The position numbers and the translations under genes were made by a program. Under the pieces are notes generated by a model. It did not search any database. It was not told where the DNA came from and saw nothing but the letters and a program-made list of their open reading frames with translations. Source: Vicugna vicugna (lineage: Eukaryota). Taken from it: DNA of 63,972 nucleotides. Positions 1 through 10,006 of the stretch are shown one piece after another; within the stretch, counting starts at the first letter, position 1, and each line of letters opens with the position of its first letter. The DNA lies in assembly GCA_013265495.1 (NCBI GenBank), contig MU059972.1, positions 699,943-763,914 on the forward strand. The letters run 5' to 3'.

Positions 1-694
1 GGCGGCGTGCGGCGGGCAGGGGTGCGCGGCGGTCGGAGGAGGGGCGCTTGCCGCTCGCCTCCCGCCCGGACGCCAGAAGCCGCGGCTCTAAAACTGCGAG
101 GCGGGCGCCCGCCGACTGCTCTGAGGTGGGTGTGCGCGGCGGCGCGCTCAGCGCCAGACCCCCACCAGCCCGCCCAGGGCGCGGCCTGCGGAGCCGGCGG
201 GGGTGGCCGTGGGCCAGGGGCCCGCCGGGCTCCCTGCGCGGCTCCCTCACCGCTCTCCCCGCGGCACCCGCGCCCTACCCACGGCGCCCCGCGCTCCCGC
301 CCACTCAGCGCTCCCGGCTCAGCGGCACCCCACGGTGCCCTCGCGGGCATTCCTGCCTACGGAGCAGCGAGCGTCTCTCTCCACAGCGCCCGCGCTCCCA
401 GCCCGGCCCCCCGCTCACACCCGCCCGCGCAGCCGCCGCACTCCCACTCGCGCTCCCGGCCACCGGCTGCGCCCTAGAGCCCCTGGCCCCCGCGGCTGGC
501 CCGCGCCCTCGGCCGAGCTCTCAGGGCGCGCCCCGGGATCCGCGGGCGCCCGAGTGGCTGGGGCGGCGGGGGCGGCCCTCGGCGTTGGAGTCCCTCTCCC
601 GCGCCGGCCCCGCACGGAACCCTGGCCCCTCTCCGCGGCCGGCGCCCCGGGGCGGAGCTGCGCGCGATGGGCGCCGAGAGGGAGGCAGGTGGCG

Positions 695-718
695 CGGCGG
701 CGGCGGCGGCGGCGGCGG
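695..718 (+). repeat. (CGG)8 trinucleotide repeat
   Basis: Eight CGG units read directly, followed by a G run to 725. Confidence 0.95.
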
Positions 719-738
719 GGGGGGGCAGGAGGCGGAGG

Positions 739-836
739 NNNNNNNNNNNNNNNNNNNNNNNNNNNNNNNNNNNNNNNNNNNNNNNNNNNNNNNNNNNNNN
801 NNNNNNNNNNNNNNNNNNNNNNNNNNNNNNNNNNNN
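739..836. other. Assembly gap (98 N)
   Basis: Run of N. Confidence 1.
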
Positions 837-1209
837 GGGCAGGAGGCGGAGGCGGGGCGCGCGGGGCGGGGGCCGCGGGGCCCCGTGAGACGCCGGGGCG
901 AGCGCGCGGCAGCCGGAGCCGTCGCCTGCGAGCCAAAGGCGCGCCGGCCGGAGCGGGCGCGGGCCGCGGAGGCCGGAGACCGCCCGGGGCGGCGTGCGCG
1001 CTTTGTTCCCGCGCGGGCAGCCGGGCGGGCGGAGCGAGCGGCCGCCCCGCGCGCCCCGGCCCCGCCGCGCGCCTGAGCCTGGCGCGGCACTAGAAGACAG
1101 CGCGCCGATTGCCCCCAAGTTACGGAGGCAGGGGCGGAGTTCGAAGGCAAAGCCGCTTCAGGAGCCGGGTCGCGAGAGTGCGAGCGCCTCCCTTCCTGCG
1201 GACCTCCTG

Positions 1210-1218
1210 ACCGTAAGT
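1210..1218 (+). promoter_or_regulatory. CBFA2T3: Candidate splice donor of the non-coding first exon (ACC|GTAAGT, exon end 1212)
   Basis: Strong donor at the CpG island edge. Alternative donors occur at 1385 (TAG|GTGAGC) and 1423 (GAC|GTAAGG). Confidence 0.5.
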
Positions 1219-3846
1219 GCCCCGTCCCGCGCGCTGCCGCCGCTGCCACCCCGAATCCTCCTGCAGCTCCGGTCTCGGAGTCTCCCTGCAGCCGTGCAGA
1301 GCGCCCCTTCCCCACTTTGCAAAGTTGGAGTCCAGGTGGGGTGGGGCCAGCCCACTCAGCGCCCTCCCACTGACCGCCCCCTAGGTGAGCCAGGGCCTGA
1401 CCTGCCAGGGGTGTGGTCAGACGTAAGGTGGGACCTGTTTCTGGAAGGTGGGAAGTCCAGCAAGTTCATTGCGGTGTCCGCACTTCCTGACGAAGAGGCC
1501 GGGCCAGGTGGCAGAGGACTGGATGGGGGTGCACAGTGTGACCCTAGGAGAGAGAGAACTGTCTCTGACCTGACTGGGGAGGAGGCCTGCGCTCCCTCTA
1601 GCCCCTTTCCCTCTTGTTTTGGTCCCTGGACCTGCCGCCTAGGCAGGGGCGATTAGGCAGCCTTGGGGTTAAGCTGTCTGGAGACCTCAGGAGTCCTGTC
1701 TCACTCCCTGTAGGTGGGGGGAAGGTCTTAAACGACCATCCCTGGATCCTGACCGCCTGGGGGCCTCGGGCGCAGCCGGTGGCAGCATTCTGCTCACACG
1801 CTTTGGGAACCGTCCATCTGCGTGTTGGGCAGGCCCGGAGCCAGGCTGTGGGAACGGCGGGGAGGGAGGTGTGAGCCGACGTGGAGGGACAGATGGCTGG
1901 AAATTCAGCCCTAGACGGGCTTACGTGGAGCAGAAGGCAGCAGAGCTGGTGGCAAGCCACACTCTGAGCCCTGGGCTCTGAACACACAGCCTCAGGCTGT
2001 CCCTCCTTCCGCCCCTGGGAGGAGCGTGTGTGCTAGGAGGAGTGGGAGGACCCCTGGCAGGGTGGAGACCCGTGCCGCCCCACCCACCGCATCAAAAAAA
2101 AACTACTCCGCCCCACGTGGGCTTAGGCTGACAGCCTTCAGGCCTCTTCCAGAGACCACAGAGAAGACTATTTCCTTTGGGAATAGAGACCTTGTGCTCC
2201 TGTGGGTGGCGATCTGAGCAACTGTCAGGCACCGTCGTTGATGGGTGGCCAGGATGCCGAACCATTATGTCTAACTGGGTGTGAGTTTCCGCCCCTGGAC
2301 CCAGAAACAGGAGGTTCCCAGGGCGGCCACCCTTGGAGGACAGGAGTTGGCCAGGCACAAAGGGAGGGCAGCTGTTCTGTGTCCCTGCGCCGTGGCTCTT
2401 GCAAGTTGTAGCAAGGTTTTAGAAACTTCTTGAGGTTGGCACCCTGCGGGGGTCCAGGCAACCCCTGGCGTCCTTTCTCAGGCCGGGGAAGGGGCGGGAA
2501 GGCGCTGCCCACACTCCCTGGGCACACTCAGTGAGGACTGGTGCTGTGACAGGCACTGGGGTCTAGCTGTGTCACCCCTCTCCTGCCTTCTGTCCTTGGG
2601 GCAGTGGGGGGGCAGGGAGAGGCTTCTGTCCTGTGCGGCCCATAGCTCAGTCCCTGAAGAGCCTGGCTGACTGGGGCTCCGTGGCCAGGCCACTCAAAGG
2701 ACGAAAGGGAGTGGAGGGCAGGGACGATGAATGCAGGAACAGATGTGGTGTGTGCTCCCTGGGAGCTCGGCAGGCACAGGGCGGGAGGGAATATCACATT
2801 AGGACCAGTTTTCCAGCGGAACCTGGCTCTCTCTGGAGGTGCCTTGATCCATGTGTGAGTGGGGGAAGGGAAGTGGTACCTGGTCTCTTGCAGGCCCAGC
2901 CAGGACCCTCTGGAGCTGCCTCGGGCCACCCACCAGCCCTTCCTCTGTCACCAGGTTATGCGCGTAATTGAGTTACCACCTCCAGGAAATCTCTCTGATT
3001 TGGGTCCACATATTTTCATTTCTGCATGACTGGAAGAAATTAATTTTCCTTCCTACGCAAGGATCTGGAAATGCCGGCAGGCTGGGTCACTAATCCACAA
3101 GGTCCAAGCCAGCAAGGCTGTCGCCTGGGGGGCCAGCTTCCAGCACCAGTCCTGGCAGCAGGGGAGGGTGACGTGGGGGGAGGCAGACCCGTGCCACCTG
3201 GAGCCGTCGTGGCTCTTGGCCATCAGCCTGTCGAGTCTGAGGTGGCCTTGTTCCTCCTCAGCCTGGCCTCCGCAGCGCTGGGGAACCCTTCTGAGTCCCC
3301 ATGCCAGTCGGTGTGCATGTGTGCGCACGTGTGTGTTCAGAATCCAGAGCGTGGGCCGGCTGAAGAGCTGGCACACAGTAGGTGCTTCACTAGTGGCACC
3401 CTCAGGGGCCACCCCGTCCTGCCCACGGCGCTGCTCTCCCGGCTGGTGGTCTGTCCCCTGCTCACAGCCGCACAAGTCCACGGGCGGACCAGGCTCCCTG
3501 CCCGGCCGCACTCAGCGCTCACACTCACTGTCCGAGTCTGCGGGACGGCCTGCCCGGCGGGAGGACTTTCCCGCTTCACAGCTGCCCACAGAGCTGCAGG
3601 GTGTCAGCCCCACGAGGGGAGCCTGCGTCAGCCTAGGGCCCTCCCTCCTCCCCCACAGACAGCAGCCCACTGGCCTCCCTTTGTCTGTGGCCCTCGTCCC
3701 CAGCCCGCCTGTCAGCGTTCCTCCCACACCTGCAGGGACTGCTGGCGACTTCTGGGTGCTGTCGAGGGGTTCATGCTCCAGATGTGGGAACCCTCACCTG
3801 GACACAGCCTCAGGCATACGAGGTGCCGTTGTAACTGACATCAGAG

Positions 3847-3860
3847 GCGCCACCTGCGGC
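3847..3860 (-). promoter_or_regulatory. CTCF-like motif
   Basis: Minus strand GCCGCAGGTGGCGC versus consensus CCASYAGRKGGCRS. Confidence 0.4.
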
Positions 3861-6800
3861 TGGGGGCCACCTGGGATCAGGGCCAGGGAGGAGGAGCACC
3901 TCTGCCCTGTCTGGGTCACACAGGCCCAAGACCAGCCTCTTCCCCCGTCCCATCACCCTGGGCAGAGCTGGGAGGGGGGTCGTTGTCATTTGAGACCCTC
4001 TAGAAGCCACTGGACGTTGTCTGGCTGTTATAACAGACTCAGCTTTGCCGGTGGGCGGCTGGTGTTACCTCCCAAACCTCTGGGAGTGGGGTCCTGAACT
4101 CTGTAACACATAAAGGTGGGAACGTGGCCACGAGCGCACTTCCTGGACAAAACTGTCTGTGGAAGGTGCTTGTCACCTGTCACTCTGTCCCTGGGTCAGA
4201 CAGTTGTTCTGGGTGGGGGAGGGGTGATGATGCAGCCCTGACCGGAGCTCACAGGTGGATTGCATTTGACCTCAGGGCGGCCCTGAAGGTGGGTTCCCTT
4301 ACTGTCCCATTCTCCAGATGAGGACAGGGAGGCTGGGAGAGGCTCAGGAGGCAGGTGGACAGGCCCCTGGAGCTTTCTGCCAAGTTCCAAGTCCAGAGGG
4401 CCAGTGCAGGGCTTGTGGGCATGCTTCCCCAGAGGCCCCCAGCGTTCCACGTCCCCGCACCTAGAGTCTCTGTGTCCAAGGGAGGGGCAGGAGGAAGTGG
4501 ACGCTCATGATTGTTGGGTGTCCATCTAGGATGTGGCGTTTGAGGGCCCAGCTCACTGGGGGCAGCTCAGAGGGGTTGGCAGAGGCTTCTTTTCTGGACC
4601 GCGTCTCAGCTCCTAGCATACTGGGTGCCCAGGGGCCGGGCCAGGTGGGCCAGGCACCAGGCCGTGTGTTCTATGGAATCAGGGCTTGCTGGCTCATCCT
4701 TGTGGCTCTCCGTGTCCCCAGGACTGTTGGAGACCACAAGTCACACTTCCAGGTCCTCTCTGGGCATCATGTCCCCAGGCTTCTGGGCAAAAGAGGAAGC
4801 CCAGTTCTGCTGCTGTGGTTCACCGAGGCTGGGACCCTGCTTTATCTGGCGGATGAGGCAGTGCTAGGGGCAGGGGCTGCAGATGGCCCAGCGCCCAAGC
4901 GCCTTTGGGGGCCGACTTGAGCCTCAAGCACAAATTCCAGCAGAGGCTTGGCGTCTGGAAACAAACTCCTGGACTGGAAGTCACCCTGTAGCACCAGTAG
5001 AAAGACCCAGGCAGGGGTCTGGCGTTCGGGGTGAGGAAGGCGATGACGAGTTAGTTCCCGGTTCCCACTTCTGAGTTCACGGCCACCGGGAGCGTGGGGT
5101 GTGCGGCTGGGTGGAGCCTCAGGCGGACGGGCTGTTTGCTGCATTTTCCTGTGGCAGTAAAACAGAAGCGAGGACTTCTGTTCTTCGTCATCCGGGGACC
5201 TCGTGGTGAGCCAGATGGGAAGGGAACAAAGGTGCGTTTGGTGCAATGAGGAAGACACCTCTGGGCCCAGGAGCCTGCACCCCACTCTGCTGCTCAGCCC
5301 ACTCCCGGCTGCCCATCTGTCCTGTTCACTGTCCACGTGCACTTGCAGCCTCCTGGCACTTGGGGTGCTCAGACCCCCAGGCTTCCCCTGAGCACAGAAT
5401 GTGGTGGACATGGCAGGAGGAGGCTTGGGGAGGGTGTGGCACTGGGCGTTCTTCTGTTTACTTGGGCAGAGAAAAGTCCACAGAGGGGGCAGGGCAGGAG
5501 CGCCCTTGCCGTGGGAGCAGGAGACGGGCAGGGGCCGCTTCCAGACCTCCTGGGGCAGGACAGGAGGGCTCCCCGTGCACCCGTTGGCCCTGGGCCCCAC
5601 TTGGGACCTGCAGGGAAGTGCTCACCCGACAGTCCTGACCTGGGAGCACTCAGGAAAGGAGAGTCCTCATACAGGAAGGCAGGGGAGGTGCTGAGAGGCA
5701 GCGGGGGTGGGGGCAGGAGGGGGTGGTACCCTGTGCTGGTGACGGGTCACAACGGGAGGGAGGGCACCGGGCAGCAGAGGACCAGGGGGTGTGGTGGACC
5801 TGGGGGGCACTCTGGCCTTTGTCCCTGGAGTCTCAGCCGCCCAGGGAAGCCCCCTGAGCTGGGCTGGGTGGAGTGGGGGCTGGTTGGGTTAGCATTTTGA
5901 TCATCCTAGGGGACAGATGTGGGGACAGAGGGCCATGAGGAGGCAGTGCCCAGACCCAGACGCTGAGGAGGGCAGGGTGAGCCCAGGGTGGCCTGAGTCC
6001 TGGTCAGTCTCTGGATGGTGCGCTTGTCCGGGAGAAGCTCTGCCTCCTTCCCCTGCTCTGCGCCTCTTGCCCGAGTTCCCGGCACTGGCCCGAGAGGCCC
6101 CTCCTGCCTGACCGTCAGCATGCTGGTGGAACAAAGCCGGGTGCTTGTACTGAAGATCTGTGCTTCTCTGCAGCCTGCACTCCCTTGTCTGCTGGGGGCG
6201 GGGGCCGAGCAGCCAGGAGGTCCCTGGATGGGGGGGAGCAGCTCAGTCCGGGTGCCATGGTGAAGGTCGCCCTCCCCAGGCAGACAGAGGAGGTGTGACT
6301 CCCCCCTGACTGTCCTGAGGGCGGCAGCCCTGGGGCCTCGTCCGGGAGCCGCACGGCCAGCCTGGACACCCAGACATGCTGACTCCCACCTGCTCGTCCG
6401 GCCCAACTGCACTGCACCCCGTGAGCACTTCGTATGGAGGGTGACCTGGCTCAGGTGGGGACCAGCACAGAAGTCAGGACGGGCCTGCACGACCGAGGGC
6501 CCTGCAGCCTGAAGACTGAAGTCAGCATCCACTTTGGGGACCAGCAAAGGCCTCAGATGAGACTTTACCCCCAGGACACCTGTCACCACCATCTACAGGG
6601 ACTGTCCCAGGACGCCTGTCACCACCGTCTTTGTGGGTTTGTTGTAGGGAACCTCGTTTGAGGTGTCAAGGCACCCCAGTTCAAATCTTGGCCCCAGGCG
6701 AGCCCTTTGGCATGCCGTGGGGTTTCTTGGAGCCTCAGTTCCCTCTGTGTCCACGTGAAACCTTCTTTTCGGAATCCCCACAGTCATGGTTGTTAACGCC

Positions 6801-7476
6801 TGGCCGGGGGCCCCGCACAGCACCTGCACGGTCTGGTTGGGTGGACATGGTGCCGTGTCCACGTCGCGGCTGGTCTTGTCAGTAGAGCCCTGGGGGCTTC
6901 GAGGTGGAGGGGGCAGACTGGGGGGCAGTCATGAGGTCCGGGCTTGACCTGTGCTCGTGTTACCTGCTCAGAGCCCTTTCATCTGATTCTCAGAGGGGCT
7001 GAGACCCCTTCAGACCCCACCAGTCCCTCCCCCCCTCATCTCACAGAGGCCTTTAGCCCAGCCAGGCCTCCAGGTTTATGGGATTATTCGCGCAGCCCCT
7101 CCTTGGGACCCCTCCTGGCCCCTAAGGGTGAGGCTCCATATATGGGGTATGTTGGAAGGTCACATGTCACCGGCCTTCCCAGACCTGCCAGCTCTAGGGG
7201 AGTGGGAGTTGGCGTCAGCCAGGGAGCCACCCTCCTGCCCACCTAAAGGAATGGGCCCCCAGGTCACCGAGAGCACAGCACCTGGGGAGAGGGAGCCTGT
7301 GACACCCCCCCGTTAGCACTGCGGCGAGGAGAGAGGTCAGCCCGGCCCCATCGCCTGCCTGTATCCCTCACATGAGCTCGGGCTCCCCAGCCCTGTGCTG
7401 GGGACAGGGACAGGCGACTGGAGGGACCACGTTTGGGGAGAGGCCACGTCCTGCTCACCTCAGTCTCCCCACTGGG

Positions 7477-8200
7477 TATTTTTTTAAACTGTAAAATACA
7501 CAGAACGTAAACTTGACCACCTGAACCATTTTTAAGTTCATGGCTTACTGGCATCGAACGCATTCACTGTGTTGTACCACCATCTAATTCCCAAACGTTT
7601 CCATCACCCCAGAAAGGAGAGCCCCTCACCCACAGCGCCCCCGCCAAGCCCTGCGACCACCGGTCTGCTTCTGTGTTGGTGGGTCTACCTTTGGGAGTCT
7701 CAGGAGATGACCGGCTTCCGTCACTCGGTGGACAGATTGTGCGGCTCGCACACACTGTCCCACAGGTCGGCGCTTCACACCCTTCTCACGAGTGGTATTC
7801 AGTCGCCCGCGTCTGCACATTTTGGGTGTGTCCATCGTCAGCGGACAGACAGCTGGGCCGTGCCCGTTTTCGCGGGTGTGCGTCACCCGCTGTGAGCGCG
7901 CGCCTGCACAGTTCTGCGTGGACGTGTGTGTTCCGTTCTCCTGGGGCCGCACCTGGGAGAGTAGATGCTGGGCTGAGTGGCACTCTCGGTTTGACCCGCT
8001 GTCCCGTGTCGAGGGATGAATGCACCAGAGGCGCCTCCTGCCCTGATAGGCCCGGCTTCCCTGTGCTGTGTCACCGGGTCGTGAGGATGGCCACCGCCAT
8101 CCCTTTGCACTTGTGGCCGTGCCCTGGCCCGGGGTGGTGAGCGCTGTGGCCCACGGGCTGCTGGGCTGCCCCGCCGGGAGCATGGAGGGTGGTTTGGATG
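7477..8200 (-). mobile_element. Old L1 (L1M-type) 3' end fragment
   Basis: aaccatttttaagttca...gcattcactgtgttgtaccaccatc and ttctcctgggg...gtagatgctgggc match the recalled antisense L1M 3'UTR pattern. Confidence 0.75.
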
Positions 8201-9990
8201 GTGGGCCTCGTCTGCCCGCAGGCAGTGCTTGGTTGCCCAGTTACTAGGTCTCTGGCACCTACGTCCCACCTTCAAGTCATGAATAAGATGCTGCACCTGG
8301 TCTCCGGCTTCATCCCTGCCCTGCCCTCAACAGGGGAGGCAGTTTGGGGTCCCCATATAGCAGCTGGAGAGGTCCCCCAAAAGCTATCGTGTGGCCCTTC
8401 CAGGGGCAGGTCAGACTGTCACGTGGCTTCAAGGCCACACAGCCCCACACCCCCAACCCCCCCGAAATGTTGACTCTGATCTGCCTTCCCTGTGTTTCCC
8501 AAGCGGGTCCCGCCGCCCGCGTGCTCTGCCAACACCTGCGTGGCTCCCACCTTCCCCTCCTTGGGTCGGGCTCAGAGTCCCCTCTGCTGTGAGTCCCCAC
8601 GGCACACGTCCCTGCCATGCTGTGCCTCCTCCTTCACCCGTCACCGCGTCTCCCTCCTAGGTCAGCTCCGTGAGGGCAGGACTTCTGTCTGTCTGCTCCC
8701 CGCAGCCCCAGAACCCAGACGAGCGCCTCACACTCAGAAGGCCCCAGGGAGCAGGAGTGCGTCTCACCTGGGAGCCCCCGCATCTCACAGGCGGCTATGC
8801 CCGGGGTCACCGGCTGGCAGGGACGCTCTCGCCGGGAGCCTGGAGAGAGTTGTTTGAACAGCAGGGCTCGTCTGCCTGCAAGCTGTCATTGTGCTTGGTT
8901 CCATAAACAGTTATCTCATCTGCTCTCCAGCCCTGGAGTCGGGCTGTGAGTCTTGCCTGCGTGGGGGCCTTGGGGGAGGCGGCCGGGAGCATCCCAGGCA
9001 GTTGGCCCTCAAACCTGACCCCGTTCACTCCTAAACAGATGTTTGGGGCGGCTCCCTCCAGGCCAGGCCTGGGCAGTAGCCACAGATTTTCCCAGAGGCA
9101 GGAGAGGGCCCCTCCCTGCAGCCCTGTGAGCCAGAAATGCTCCTTAAGAACTGGGGTGAGGACACACCAAGAAGGAACCCGGCTATGACTGCGGTGGACA
9201 GACCACCCCGGACTCAGGGGCTGGGCAGCCACGTGCCAGCTTGCGGGTTCTTGGGCTAGGAGTTTGGACAGGGCTCGGTGGGGAGGCTGTGTCTCCACCT
9301 CCGTGCACCGAGCCCCTCCACGCGGCCCCTGCATCAGGACGGGGCTGCCCGAGCATAAGGAGCCTGTGTGGCGTGGGTGGAAGGGGCCTGGAGCCCACCT
9401 CCTGCGGGAAGAGTTCCAGAAAGTGTCAGAGTGGGCAGTCAGGACAGGCCGGGGGAGGGGGGGCGCAGAACCTGGGGGAGAGGAGGAGAGGGAGTGTGGG
9501 TCACTCCAGGTCACCTTTGCCCCCGGTCTCCTGAGCTGAGACTGCCCCCACCCCCGGAGCAGCCGAGAGATTAGGCTGGTCCTCACAGCCTGCCAGGGAG
9601 ACCAGGCCTCGGGGCCTCTGCAGAGCCACGGCCAGGCTGGCAGCTGGCAGTGTGCCCGCGCCCGTCAGCTGGAGCAGCTGCTGCTCCTGGGCACCCCGGC
9701 TCCCACCGCACGTGGGGCAGCAGGTCAGGCGGGGAGGGCCCTGGAGAAAGGCAGATGGACCTTCCCCTCCCAGAGGCACCAGCACCTGCCCCGGCCTCTC
9801 TGGACCCAGGACAGAATTCGGATACTCAGGTCCTGGCCAGGGAGCTCGAGGTCGCTAGTTTTCATTTCTCTCCAGACTGGAAAACAATGTAGCTTTCAAC
9901 GTGCAACAGAAATTCAGTTCCTCAGTCCTCTGAACTCCCCGCGTGGTGAGGGGGGCGCTGACTAAAGCCCCAGCTGCAGGGGCCGCGCTG

Positions 9991-10006
9991 GCTCCAGGGG
10001 GCGCTG
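9991..10006 (+). promoter_or_regulatory. CTCF-like motif
   Basis: GCTCCAGGGGGCGCTG, 13/15 to CCACCAGGGGGCGCT; a second GGGGGCGCTG lies at 9951-9960. Confidence 0.45.

Larger units (their letters stand above)
1..1300. promoter_or_regulatory. CBFA2T3: CpG island, promoter and first-exon region of the short (MTG16b-type) CBFA2T3 transcript
   Basis: Very high GC and dense CpG with many GGGCGG boxes, ~29 kb upstream of the first coding exon. The assignment as the MTG16b promoter is inferred from human gene structure. Confidence 0.8.

Noticed and set aside
86-105. TAAAACT..GGCGGGC similarity to the PABPN1L upstream region (56296-56320)
   Set aside because: The match is short and easily arises by chance in GC-rich DNA.
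7-1315. Overlapping ORFs in all six frames at the left edge
   Set aside because: This is the CpG island effect; most start at non-ATG codons and several cross the N gap.
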